Below are positions 12,909 through 26,755 of a stretch of DNA of 64,000 nt, one piece after another. Each line of letters opens with the position of its first letter. Within the stretch, counting starts at the first letter, position 1. Made by a program: the position numbers and the translations under genes. Source of the DNA: Octopus bimaculoides (taxonomy: Eukaryota); the NCBI RefSeq assembly GCF_001194135.2, contig NC_068990.1:53252889-53316888 (forward strand), given 5' to 3'. The notes under the pieces were generated by a model. The model searched no databases and had not been told where the DNA came from. It saw only the letters and a program-made list of their open reading frames with translations.

Positions 12909-12992
<84 letters not shown>

Positions 12993-13210
12993 GGTGGAGA
13001 GTTAGCATGAACATTAGCATGCCAGACAAATTGCTTAGTGGCATTTTGTCTGTCTTTATGTTCTGACTTCAAATTCCGTTGCCTTTCATCCTTTCAGGGT
13101 TGATAAATTAAGTACTAATTGAGCATCGAGGTCAGTATAATCATCTAGCACCACTCTCCACAAAATTTATTATAATTAGTTCAGACTTTGTGCCTAGTAT
13201 AGAAAGAAAT
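12696..13210 (+). mobile_element. Two tandem family-A SINEs separated by (ATT)n
   Basis: Copies at 12696-12909 and 12991-13210 share head and body. (ATT)n runs at ~12634-12692 and 12909-12990. Confidence 0.85.
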
Positions 13211-13384
13211 AATAATTAAAATAATAATTATTATTATTATTGTAGGAGGAGGAAAAAATAAAATGCAAATTAAATCTTTTTTCTTTTATTTAATTGACCT
13301 TACTTCAATATTGTTTATTACACCCTACCACTACCCAGTAATTTAAATAGTCTCATCACTGTATGTCTTTCTCTGTAAAATAGT

Positions 13385-14190
13385 TGTGAAGTTTGTCTTT
13401 CATTTCATTATACTAATAGCAGACTTACATAGGATAATGAACAATGTGTCCCCACTATGCAAACCCTATGAAACAAAGAAACATATACAGAACTTCATGC
13501 ACCACGTACAATTCTCTGGATATGGTCGGAAAGATAGGGTTCGGGTATACAGAAGAGCTAGAAAGAAGTTAGAGAGCATTATATGTAATGAAATCAGTGA
13601 TACCTGCCCTAGATATAGAAGTAAAGACTAGAATAGGAAACAAAGAGTTTGTGACAAAGCAAATGGTGTACATGTGTTACTTACAAGACCGACAAATATC
13701 AAGGAGTGATGTTTGCAGAGGCCACAGCCCATGGAGAACTAGCCCAAAAATTTAAGAAAGCTCTGAAGGAGGCCAAATTCAACATTAAAATCATTAAAAG
13801 ACCAGGGAGCTCCATCAGATCACAACTATGTAAGATGTACCGCTTTGAGAATACCATTGCACCAATGATAACTGCACTAACTGTAGAACTAGAAATGTAG
13901 TCTACAACATAAGGTGTATAGAGGATGCTTGTAAAGACAAGAACATGATATACATAGGTAAGATATCTAGAAGCATTGCAGAGAGACTAAATGAATATTT
14001 GAGACAATATCACAACAAAAACAGTCCTCCATACTCTACCAACATGCCAAAGACCAACATGGAAGCACACTGGGTCAACTTGATATCCGCATTTTATCCA
14101 AACACTTGAAGGACCCAACACTCAGACAAATACAAGAGTACGTTCTCATAAATGAAACATCGCCAGCACTAAATAAGAAATGGTGTAGCC
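13385..14190 (+). mobile_element. Penelope-like element remnant (RT thumb region plus GIY-YIG endonuclease), frameshifted
   Basis: Reading across frameshifts gives NFMHHVQFSGY, MFAEATAHGELAQKFKKAL...IKIIKRPGSSIRSQL, CTNCRTRNVVYNIRC...IYIGKISRSIAERLNEY and LYQHAKDQH...KDPTLRQIQE...NETSPALN. Confidence 0.8.
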
Positions 14191-14347
14191 ATCTGGTTTC
14201 ACCAGTCCTCAGTCAAATCGTCCAAACCATGCTAGCATGGAAAGCGGACGTTAAACAACGATGATGATGATGTAGAAGGTAGTCATACCCCAATACCCAC
14301 AATTTATATATACATAGATAGACTTAGTAGGCTGTTATGTAGACGTA

Positions 14348-14381
<34 letters not shown>

Positions 14382-15063
14382 GGTAAATTGACATGTAAGT
14401 AAACAGATAGAAAGGTACATAGGTAATACAGACAAGCACACATACACACATGAAGACTGAAGCACATGACCATATGCACACTTCAGACAGACACACACAC
14501 ACACAAGGACACATATGGAGACATATCCATACATAACAGACGCACGTACATAGTCACACAAAACCATACACATAGGCACACTCAAACATGCACACACAAG
14601 GCCCCAGCGGTACACACATACACATACAAACACACATACACATGCAAACACACAAACATACAGAATACATACATGCATACATATACATGCATACACACAC
14701 ATACATGTATACACATGCACACTGATGCACATGTGCACAAACAAAAAGGATGCAACTATTGAAAAGGTTGCAAGATGCAATGAAAATTTTTGAAAAAATA
14801 AATAAGTAAATGAGTGGAAATCAAACCGGTGAGTGTGTTGAATAATAAGGCACTAAAAGAGAATGACTCTCCCCAGACACAATAAAAGACAAAGATAGTT
14901 TTTTTTTTTTAAGGTTAGCATCTCAATAGATTATGCTATCTTTTCTTCTCTCTCTGTCTTACTTTGTTTCTCTCTCTCCCGCTCTCTTTTTTCTCTCTCA
15001 TCATAATCAAACACTTGACAATCCCCCTTTTCTTTCCTTAAATATACTTGTTTTTCTTCTTAG

Positions 15064-15235
15064 ACTCCAGTGTTTGTAACTTTGCAAGATGGCGCAGTGG
15101 CAGCTAATGGTCTGGCCCAAAACTCTGCCCCAGCTTTGGTTGCGAATGAAGCTGGCGCCAACAACCTCAACATCAATGTATCAACTAAGAGTCAAGCTAT
15201 GGATGATGTTTTAGAAATATTGATTAGAAATGGAG
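15064..15235 (+). CDS. MRTF: MRTF penultimate coding exon (SQAMDDVLEILIRNGE motif)
   Basis: Acceptor tttttcttcttag ends at 15063 (alternative cag ends at 15070); donor GGAG|gttagt at 15236. Translation TPVFVTLQDG...KSQAMDDVLEILIRNG matches the conserved MRTF motif SQQMDDLFDILIQSGE. Confidence 0.88.
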
Positions 15236-16032
15236 GTTAGTCAGTTGGTTTTGGATTTGATTTCATATTTTATTTCATGTCTTGCCAGTGTGGGGTGGGG
15301 GTGTTTTCTATGAAAATACAATTGAACATTTTGCTTCATCTTCCTATGTTTATTCATTTATTGTTGGAGCCAGTTCTCAATTGTTAATTATGGAAGTTAA
15401 ACTCTTTCTGCTTGTCAGTTTTTTTGTTTTTTTTAATAAAATTTGTGTGGCATTTCATTTATGCAGTTTGTACTTTCAGTACTTTAAAGCAGTCTGTATG
15501 TTGGATATAAACTATTTAAAAATTATTTTGGAATGCTGTAATCAGAACTGATAACATTGGAATCAAATTTCAAATTCTCTACTTTTCTACTTCAAATTCC
15601 ACTTACCAAAGTCTTAATCAACTAACAAGAAAATGTGACTTAATGATCAATCTGGCTGGATGTTTGTCATGGTCAAGTTATTGGTTGTTGTTGGGTTTGA
15701 ATTACCCTAACAGAACTATTTTTAGGGTTATAAACTTGCATGAGCAAGTTTTAGCTTAATGCTAAGAAAACTAGGGGGTTTTGTTGCTTTATTATGTTGG
15801 TGTTTAACTTGAAATTTTTATAAAAAGATGTGGCATTAGAAATTTCTGATTATGAAGAATTTTTGATGTAGCTCAAATTTTAAACAGAAAAACTTTAACT
15901 GATACCGATATTTCTTTATAATACATTTTAGGTTTTATCTCTTAAGAAATAGTATTAATGATACTGTTTGGTCAGTAAGTATAGAAATGATTATAGCAGT
16001 ATTTTATTGTTTTGTTTGCTTGCTTATTTCAG

Positions 16033-16730
16033 AACTTCCTCCAAGTGCAGCACAAGAACCCCCTCCAACACCAAAAACAACAAGCCAGACGCCAACAACA
16101 TCAACGATTACTGTAACCCAAGTTGTTGCCACCAGCAACAGCACAAGTTCAGCATTTTCTGTGGCTACGATGTTAATGCCATCTCCATCATTGCCACTCA
16201 ACAACAATGTATCTACAACGGCTGTTAATCAGCGACCTGTGGTGTCAGTGTTGGCACCAGTCTTGATAAAACAAGAACCTGATATTTCATCATCGCCACC
16301 AACTTTGACTTGTGATGGAACCAGCCACGAATTTGTTGATATTAATGACGTTCTTAGCCAAGATTTTAACAATATGGACTGGACATCAGACACCAGCTTT
16401 CCCAGCTTGGATCTTCCAGATATCTTTAATGATCAGAAAATGACCAACTCTATTGTGCCAATAATTAATAAAGTAGATGCTGCCAACCCCGGTTCTTCAT
16501 CAGATTTAGATGTACTGAATTTACCACAAGACTCAGAAACCTCTTGCAACATGCAAATAGATGTATCGGACTGGTTGGATGCTTCCTTCACTTCAGCATC
16601 ACTCAACACACCCATCTCTTTCACATCATCAGACCCAATTCTAACACCCAAAACACAACAAGATGTTTTATTTAATTTTGTTGAAGCTGATTTCTCAAGT
16701 GTTTCTGATACTCAGTGTGGTATGGATTAG
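16033..16730 (+). CDS. MRTF: MRTF terminal coding exon (acidic/hydrophobic transactivation domain)
   Basis: Acceptor gcttatttcag ends at 16032, phase 1, compatible with the previous exon (G|AA = Glu, giving NGELPPSAAQEPP). It encodes MDWTSDTSFPSLDL, MQIDVSDWLD and DVLFNFVEADF, and ends with TAG at 16728-16730. Confidence 0.88.
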
Positions 16731-17919
16731 GCTAAGCGAACAAATCTGTTAATAATTTGAAATCAGTCGCCAATGGTTTGATTGGTGAGTTTTAGTTATT
16801 AATTAAACACACATTTAACTATCTTGACTCTACTTCCAAGATTGAACCAGTTGGCAGCAGGATAAAGATAGCCTGCAATAGTTATCAGAAGAGCTGTGTG
16901 TTTGATCTGCCAGCACAGCCATGGAGATCACTGTATAACTGCATTAACTAATACAGCACATCGGGATGTCGTTCACTGAACTTCATATACACTCACATAA
17001 TTTTAGTACATCCTGCCTAGAAAGTGGGGGAGGGAGAGGTTTAGAGTTCATCACAAGAACATCTTCTCTTACCCATTGGCTAAATTCTGGTACATAAAAA
17101 TCTGGTTTTTGTTTTTTGAGAGGAGTACAATCCTTTGTGGAATTAACTCTAGCTTTGGAGAAATTCATACTAGAAAGTTTTTGATTGCTCCAAAGGAGAA
17201 GTTTCTTCAGTAGAAGAGAAACCATTCTTTTTCTTTTATTATCATTATTTTTTTTAATACTTCTTTCTGAATTCCTCCCAAATTCCTCTTGCTTGTAATC
17301 TAGATGCAAAAAAAAAAAAAAATCACTGTTTTACAAATTTCTGTTTAGCTTTCTCTGACTTATTGACTTTTTAAATTTAAAAACAGAAAACAACACTCCC
17401 GCCTCCAAAAAAGACTGAACTTGAGATTTTGATGGTCCACTGCCCTTCTTCACTCAATGTGCCCTTCCTCTTCTTTCCTCATTGCACAAATTAATCACTT
17501 GATAACTGTTCAATTTTGGCTCATGCCCTTGCTCTTCCTTCCTTCTTTCTCTCCCAATCTTCATAGTTGACTGCTGGGAAGTATCTGTTATGGGGGAGAC
17601 TTTACTATGCTCCCCGCCTTCTTTTCTCTGTTTTACTCTATACTAAATTACCAGCTTTATTCAGTGGGAACGACTTGTATTTTTTTGTATGTGTAAGGTT
17701 TATTAATGATCAATGCTAAATAGTAAAAAAAAAAAAAATAAAAAAAAAATTGCATTTTTGGTGAAGGTTAGGGAATGGGGGGATATTGTGTACTGACATG
17801 CATGTACACACCTACATGACTACACGCATTCACGCAACCAGACATCAATCAATGCATACACATTCAGACCCAGCTCTTCAAAGTTCTCTTTCTGTTGACA
17901 CCTGCATACACACAGACAC

Positions 17920-17955
<36 letters not shown>

Positions 17956-18105
17956 GGTGCATCTACACAGTAGATGATATCAAAGAAAGCTGCTATGTCC
18001 CAAACTGATAATTTCCCAAAGAAACTTTGGAAACTGTTTCTGTGAAATGGTCAACAAAGCACAAATGTATTTGTGATACCAGGACCAACAAGTGTGTATA
18101 ATAAA
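16731..18105 (+). other. Probable MRTF 3' UTR (end undefined)
   Basis: Follows the stop codon; AU-rich unique sequence with AATAAA at 18100-18105. The true poly(A) site cannot be determined from sequence. Confidence 0.35.
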
Positions 18106-19184
18106 CAGAAAATATATAATAATAATAATGATAATAATAAGGTGGAACTAACAAAAAGATAAAAACTGAAAAACACTGTCACTATTATGAATGTTGATTT
18201 AAGTTATGAGTACGAACGCAAGTGAAGTCTGATTTAAAAACAAAATTACCAACAAAAAAAAAACAAAAAGAGAAAAACCTTCCCTATAACAACCACAAAA
18301 AAAAAAAATTTAATATCTTTGTTCTGTGATTGAAGCTTCCAGTTTGTTCCATGACCTGACATGGTAACCATTGCCAACAGTGTCAAGTTACCATTGTATC
18401 CACAAATCCATACTGACAACTGTCTAGTTAGCATTGCTTTTTTTTCCCAGCCACACATTCGTACCTAGAATAACCCACCATGATCTATCTCCGATTCTCT
18501 TTCATGAGCTTTGATGTTTGGCTTGAATGGTGCAACAAACAAAATATCTTACAAGATTCACATGCAGTTGATTTTCTTGTTCTTTTTTTTTTTTGTCTTT
18601 TTTTTAACTTTCACTTTCTTCACACTCAGGTTATGAAAAAATGATTAAAAAAAACAAAAATATCACTTAAAAAAAACAAAATATGAACAATTATTTAAAT
18701 TATTCTAATTTAAAGATTTTTGCATATTTATAAAAGTCATTCTTTTTCTTGATTTTCTTTTAATTTTTTTAATTGTTTACTTTTATTATTATTATCATTA
18801 TTATTATTGTTATTATTGTTTTGTTTTTTTTTGCTTCCTTCTACAGTCAGAAGAATCAAAAAAAAAATTCCATCACACTAACAATATATGGAACATAAAA
18901 TTAGTTAACCATTATTTCTTAATTTTGTTATTTTTTTCTTCCCTGTCCCCTCCCTCAGGTGCAGTGAGGGGTGGTACTGGTAGCAGTCAATTTGACATTT
19001 ATTAGACAAGAAGCAGAGATTAAGTTTATCTTTTGTGTTGATCATTTCCCCAGGTATTCTAACTCATTGGATCTGAAGTGCGGTAATTTCATGCCTACAG
19101 TCATGAAAATTGTAAAATCAGAGAACAGGTACTGTTACTTCCCATAGGCTATCAAGAGTTTAAATACCAAAGCTAAAGAAATTT

Positions 19185-19320
19185 ATGGTAAGAAGTTTGC
19201 TTCCCAACCACATGGTTGCAAGTTCAGTTCCATTGTGCAGTACCTTGGACATGTGTCTTCCACTATAGCTCCAGGCTGACAAAAGCTTGTGAGTAAATTT
19301 GGTTGACAGAAATTAAAAGT
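19185..19320 (+). mobile_element. tRNA-derived SINE, family B (GGTAAGAAGTTTGCTTCCCAACCACATGGTT...CACCTTGGGCAAGTGTCTTCTACTATAGCC)
   Basis: Further copies at ~30460 (+), 32160-32350 (-), 35040-35200 (-), 37700-37830 (+), 40430-40590 (-), 41780-41960 (-) and 43680-43850 (-). Confidence 0.7.
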
Positions 19321-19864
19321 CTATCATATGTCAATGTGTGTAAAAAAAGTGCTTGTCTTTCCACAAGTGTGGAAAAGTATTTGTTTCCTGGCCAAGGGAA
19401 TGTTATAACCACCTGAAGATTATCTAATATTTTAACTGACCAATGTCAGAGTATCTGCAAAGGTCATGGGCAATGCTTCTTTCTCCAGATTCAACAAAAT
19501 AAAAAAAAACAAATAATAATAATGCGTCTGCTGCTGATGATAATAAAAGGAAGTCAAAAAATGAATAATGCAATTAGATGTGATTAGTCCAGCAATGATT
19601 CTTTGCTATCAGAAAATAAAATAGAAAGAAATAGAATCTGTTGATTTACCATTCATGGAATATTTTTGAAATATAAAATGAAATATCAGATATGTGATAT
19701 GATATTGATGAGTAAAGCTATAATGATAATAATAATAATTTGGGGTTGGGAGCTAGTTGTTTACATCAACCACAGTATTTCACTGTTACTGTTATCGACT
19801 CTGGAAGCATGAAAGGTAAAGTTGACATTGGTATGAACTCAGAACACAAAGCCAAACCACAATT

Positions 19865-20190
19865 TAGCCGACAGGAGTACAAAAAAATCAATACATATTC
19901 AGAGCTCTGACTGGAACTCTCAAAAATGTAGAATCCACAATCTAAAGCTGTACCTTATTGGAACTCTTGGTTTCATTCCTCACAAGTTTGTCACACATAT
20001 CAGTGAGCTGGATGCAACACCTAACATTGGAATGTTCCAAATTATTGGTACCATTGGGAACAGCTGACATCCTGTGATATGTACTCTCTGTCTATGGTCA
20101 TGTAATGTGATAGAGAGTTCAGAGTAAGTACCCAACTTTAAGTCATGCTAAAGTAAGAAAGATATAACAACAACAACAACAACAATAATA
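19865..20190 (+). mobile_element. Old R4/Dong-like LINE 3' end with (AAC)n(AAT)n tail
   Basis: Degenerate translation includes LIGTLGFIP and PLGTADIL*YVL (LGTAHILRKVL-like C-terminus). A short 3' UTR ends in caacaacaac...aataataat. Confidence 0.55.
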
Positions 20191-23100
20191 ATTTAAAATG
20201 AGAATTAAGATTCTGCCAAAAATTCTTTTCATGAATTACAAAGATCAGAGGGTTTAATGTTGAACTCTAAAGTTTTGAATATTTGGAACATCTCAGCTAC
20301 TAGACAAGATTCTGGACTGTCACGGATAACTTTATCTAGAAAAGCCTTTAATCTGTTGCGCAAAATTGTATGGATTAGATAAGGACCTAGGTAACTTGGG
20401 ACCTCAGAACCTTATCAAATACTTGCAATGAATAATGCTCTATAGTTACTCCCCACGCCTCAACTGACAGTGTGCTATCATTATTGTTGATAAAGCTATC
20501 AAACAGCTAATTAGATGAAAATTTTGTGAAACTAGTTTAGTTCATGGCATTTAATTTTGTGTAACAGGTTCAGGGTCAAAATTATTTTTTTAGCTCTTGT
20601 GGGAGTCAATAAAATTAACATACTGAATCAACATTCATATTGACAATTTCACAAAAGAACAAAATGAAGGGAAAATAATATAAAATTCAAACAAAAGAAA
20701 AGAGAGAAAATATTTTAATATTGTTTGTGTTGAGTTGGTATGTAATGAAGGTCTTGATTATTTTTTAGAGTTTGGTGGGGATGTTGACTCTATACCAATG
20801 TCATTGGTTTTATTCAAATTTATGGATGATGATGATTGTAATTAATATTGATAGGTATAAGATATAGTTATTAGCTTGGAGAAATATGGGTACTCAGGAA
20901 TTTTTTTTTTCAACAGGAAACCTTACATATGCTCAAAGTCTTAGGTTTAATAGAAATGTAAAGTAAGGAATTTGTTTATCAAACCTTTCATGATGACAAC
21001 AATAATACTTTCTTTATAAGCTAGGAAGGATCAAAGAGGATAGTATAAAGGACACAGTGGTGTATGTGAATGTGATGTGTAAAACAAGTGATAAAAACAA
21101 ATAACTATTAAATCCTGCAATAAAGGGCGGGGATAGCTCCTTAGGTAAGGCTTATCAAGGAAACCCCACAAGACCTCAATGACCATGAATACCAACAGCA
21201 AATTCCCTCTCTCACATTTCATTCCCCAGCCTACAGGTGCATGTTCAGAGTAAGCCCATTTACCACTCACCCACCATTTAAAGAATTTACTTAGGGCAAC
21301 ACCTCCCTCTCTACCTTTAGCTCTTTCAAGAAGTACTTGAAAAAGTTAATGAGAATATGACTGAGAGAAAGTGTCTGTTTTCATTCCTTTCAGTTTTTTT
21401 GTAACACACAACTTTCACCCATTGCCACTGAACAAAAGAAAACTACCTGCCCTTCTTGCTCAAAGGTGATCTTTACTGTGGACGTAGCTGATACATGGAT
21501 CCATCCTAGTTGTGACAGCAGCTGTTTGTCTAAAATCCACATGATAGTAATGCTCACACACTGAGTGAAGGTGTGCCAAACAGTCTCTTTGCCCTGTGCA
21601 CATCTTAGATCTGACTGCACTTCTGTGTTTGTAGAATACGTATTGAACTGGCCAGGGGTTTCTGGACGTTCTCCACAGTTCCTGGACTGAGAGTTTCCTC
21701 ACAAAAACATTGATGCTCTTTCTCAGCACTAGTCCTCTGTAAGTTCCACTGATCATATTGCCTGACTGATAGAGTTATGAGAGGCTGACAACATTGTGAC
21801 AGTTGATATTTTATTTTGTTTCCTTATCAATTGTTGGGTCTGAAGTTCAAATCCTGGGGGCAATTTTACCATTTCATCATTTATGAGGTAGCTTGGGCCT
21901 TGGAAAGAAACTTTTGTCATCTTTGGGATTAAGATATTTAAAAACAGGGACATTAAATGTGTCATTTAAAGTTTTAATTGTAGAAGTGAAAATGGGAATA
22001 AAAAAAAACTTGGGGGAAAAAAACTACCCCACTTCAGACCAATATGTAGTCTTATAGATTTGTTAGAAAGGAGCTGTCACATTCATGCCCTTCCCAAACT
22101 GATATTGATATATGTCAGCTGTGAACTTAGATCAAAGGCATTCCAAATATGACCATACTTTTTTTTTTCACCTGTTTTCAGATATAATTTATCTAGAATT
22201 GCATTATGCAATGTGTCCTTCAAACAGTGAAGTGTTGAGAGAATTTGGGTGCTATTTCCAGCAGGTGGGGGCAACTCTTATTTGCTCCAGGGGCCAGTTG
22301 GTACAGTCAACAACATGGATTTTATATATCCAATATTTGATAATATCTTAAACAGATTTAAAATCCCCCTCATCTCCCTCCAGTACCATACACTTTGATC
22401 AAATCATGTTACAAATTGGCTAATAGATTTAAGACTAAAGCCTACAACTGCAAAAATTTCTTGGGCTTTTAGGGTGTTAGGTTTTTAAGTTTGAATCCCA
22501 CTGAGAATATGTACATATTGGAGCAGCCCATGCTGCAGCTATTGTATTTTCTCTGAGCAAGGTGCTTGACTCAGCTTTCCTAAGATTATTTTTTAAGAAA
22601 TCAACATTATATTTTCTCTTTCCACTCACTGAAACATGTTCATATGTGAAACTTATAAATGTATAATACAATGTATGTGTGTGTATGTATATGTTTATAT
22701 ATATATATATTTATAAATACACACACATATGCACACTCCAATATGTATATACTGTTTGTATGTATAGTGTATGTCTGTGTGTGTATGTTTATTTAGAAAT
22801 GTGTGTGGTTTATGTAATGCCTCTGTATATCTATTTCTTTGTGTTTATATATTCCATCACATCACCTGGTTTCTGTAACTGATGGTTAAACAGCGATATG
22901 ACCTACAATTTGAAGAAGCATTGCAACTGGATTTACACACTTGTGTGTATGCATGTGTGTGTGTGTGCGCACACACACGTACACACATACACGTACACAC
23001 ACACACACACACACATTCATTCTTCTGTTGATGAGGAGCAGTAACTTCTAAGAAAAACTAATTAAAAGTGTATCTTTATATACTCATGCCATATATACAT

Positions 23101-23370
23101 ACATACATGTGTGTGTGTATATACTGAATAAATATAGGTATATGTACACTTGCATATACCTAAAATTTTACAGGGAACTTTGAATATCTTTATAGATTAT
23201 TTACAGAAATTTACTGATTTATGTTTAAAAATGTAACTTTTGACAAAAGTACGCTAATTGTATAAATGATAGTTGAAGGGTTAATATGTGAAAGAAAAGT
23301 TATTAGGAAGATTGTAATGAGTTTTTTTTAAATAGTAAGACTTTTGAGCCTCTCTATATATGTTCTTCTT

Positions 23371-23413
<43 letters not shown>

Positions 23414-25815
23414 GTGGGTGTTTGCATGTATGCATATAAATGTATAATGTCTGTAGCCTCATACACATACATATATCTCTGACATTTTGATAATCTGTTT
23501 TGAAATAGTCATTCCTTAAATCCCTTTTAACCCCGGGAATATCAAAATTGGAAGTTATTTGAGCAGAAGGGACTTTCTTTTTCCTTCCTCCTACTTTCAC
23601 CCCCTGTTACATATTACTTGCACTATATTCTTAAATTTTTGCAATTTCTAAAGTATTACCTTCCCCTCCCTAACCACCCTGGAATTGAAGGAGTGAAAAT
23701 TATAGGTTGGCATTTGTACTTTGGCTTCTCATTAGTTGACCAGTATCTACCTTCTTCCTCACTTCTCATTCGTTAGTGCACTTTCAAACATTTATTTAAT
23801 CAGCCTCATCTTCAGTTGCATATTCAGTTTTATAATGATTCTGAGCTTAAAAAAACTATTCGAGAAATAAATTCCTTTTTTGTCTTTTTATTTATTTGTT
23901 TCTCAATCATTATGATTATTATTATTATTATCATCATCATCATCATCATTATTATTATTATTATTATTATTATCATTATTAACCAAAATTTCACAGTTGT
24001 CCTATGAGCTCGTTATTCTGTATATTTATAGTTTTGCCACTGGATACAGGTAAATTACATTGATTACTACAAGAAAAATTAGTTTATATTTTTTATGCTT
24101 TTCTCACAATTTTTTTCCTAAATCTGTTTCCAAACTATTTTCATTATTATCAATTCTATTGTGTTTTTGACATGTTTTTTTATTGTTTATTGCATTCCTT
24201 CATTTCTTCTGCTAAACTTTCTACTCAGTTTTGGTGTGAGGAGTTTTTGCCAAATATTCTACTGAGAAAGAAAAACAAATCCTTTATTTTTTTGGCTCAG
24301 CACTTCAGATGCCACTACTATCAAGTTTGAAACACTCCAACAATTCCAAATATTTAAATATATCAGTTTCCAATTTTTATTTTTTGATTGTTGTTTTTTT
24401 TTTCTTCCTCTGATCTGCCACTTCTTAGCATTATGAAATTAAGGATTGAAGGATTTAAGCTAAGATAAAAATGTTAGACTGCCCTCACAGCTGCCAATTT
24501 TCTGGCGCAACAGTTTTTGGTTGTTCTTTAGTATTGTTGAAGTTTTATGTTGGCTTAACCCTGGCAAATCCAAGGGGCGAATAGTTTGAAATAGCTTCAC
24601 TAAAACTAAAACCGAAATGGAAATATTTTTGATGTTATAGATTTGAAATGTTTTAGCTTCTTTCAACCACATTTTCACACTTTTATTATCATATTTCTGT
24701 TGAAATACATTACCTTTCTTTCAATTAATTTTCAAAATAATGAAGAATTCAGTAATCAGTAAAATAACTTTGTCATTAATAAGCTGGCATTTGGAACATA
24801 ATATGAAATTTTGATGGAAGGTTTGAATTAAAGTTGACTTTCAAACAAAGTTTGTATCATTGAACCAGTGGTGGTCTTAGGTGGGTTGGTACCAAAAGAT
24901 TTCATGAACATCTTGATTATTTCAAAATTAGCTTTATTAAAGATATTTTTTGCTGTCCTGTTTGAATGTTGGTGGTGGTATGTGTTCAGAGTTATTTCGT
25001 TCAAAGTACATCTTCATCAACACAGTCTCATGAGATTCAGTTGATAATGAAAACTGAGCTCTAGTTATATTGTTGTGCGAGAGCAGCTTCCTCTTTCTCT
25101 TGTATTGTGATGTTTCAAATACTAACAGTAGATCAGGGTTTACAGATATTAACTTTCCAAGCAAAAGCTGGAAAAGTAAAGATGGGGGATCAGTTTTCTC
25201 TGGATAAGATGCTGGCTTATTACAACTGAAGCTCCATATCTAGTAGGGACATCTGTAATAGCTTTATTTTTGATAATACACCATGTCTTCAATGGTAACA
25301 GAACAGTGATAAAAAGTGGGTTTATTTGAGTCTTCTTTTGGTTGATCTTGTAATACTCAAAAGTCAAAAGGTAGAGTTTCCTTTGACAAGAGAATATATT
25401 TTACTTAGAGTTTTCCAATCCTTTTAAAACCAGTTTCAGGACAAGTATTTCATACTTAAAAAAAAAAACAAATAAAAATAAAAAAAAAACAACCTATTAT
25501 GTGCTTCGAACAAATTATCCTTCAGGTTTTATTGCTGATGTTTGAAATGCATCCTATTGTGAAATATTATTTTAATAACTCATTTAAGTTTCTAACATTG
25601 TAGAACCAAACCATTTTAATGAAGAAAAGAGTGGCTGAAGCATTTAAAATTAAACCCTTGTAGTAATTATTTTTCTAATATCTTTTGGTTAAAATAATAT
25701 GTTTAAGGATTTTTGACTAGCAGTTCCTTATTAAAAGTGTCCTCTTTATCTCTTCAAAATAGTTAAGTCACATATATAAAAATTTTCTCTTTATATATCA
25801 ATAGGATGGTGGTGG

Positions 25816-26719
25816 TGGTGGACTAGCAGAATGTTGTGGTGTTTAGTTCTAGTTCTTCACAGTCAGAGTTCTGTTGAAGTTGACTTTGGTTTTCATTCTT
25901 CTGGATCTCAAAAAATAAAAAATACGCCCTGAGTACTGGAATCAGTATAATTAACTGTCCTCTCTCCAAAAATGAATATAATCAGTCAACCTTTGATAGA
26001 TACCTCTGATCACTAAAAGCTTAAGCAATTGACTGTTTGCTTGCTATATGTACCAGAAACATTTTGTCAAATAACATTTTGGATGTTTTGTTAGTTATGA
26101 GGCAGAATCATTTCCATACTGAACAAAATGCTTAGCAGTTTTTGTTTGTCTGAGTTCAAATTCTGCTGAGGTCAATTTTTGCCTTTCATCTTTTTGGGGT
26201 CAATGAAATAAATACTAGTATTAGTGATGCTGCACTCAATTAATCTCTCCTCTTAACATCACTGGTCTTGTGCCAAAATTAGACTAGTATTAAGGTGGCA
26301 AGTTGGCAGAATTGACAGCATGCTAGAGAAAATGCTTAGTAGCATTTTGACCTTCTTTACGTACTGATTCAAATTCTGCCTAGGCTGACTTGGACTTTCA
26401 TCATTTTGGGGGTCAAAGAAATAAGTACCAGTTGAGTATTGAGGTCAATGTAATTGACGAGCCTCCTTCCTTGAAATTCCAGGCCTTGTGTCTGTAATAG
26501 AAAGGATTGTTATTGGAAGAATCATTAGCATACCAAGCAAAATGCTTAGCAGCATTTTGTCTGTCTTTACATTCTGAGTCCAAATTCCACTGAGGTTGAC
26601 TTTGCCTTTCATTCTTTCAGGGTCAATAAAATAAGTACCAGTGAAACACTGAGGTTAATGCAATTGACAAGTTCCCTCCTGTCCCAAATTTCAGGCCTTC
26701 TGCCTTTAGTAGAAAGGAC

Positions 26720-26755
<36 letters not shown>

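Noticed and set aside
16983-17309. 108-aa minus-strand ORF in the MRTF 3' region
   Set aside because: No recognisable motif, and it overlaps AT-rich UTR-like sequence. Likely chance.
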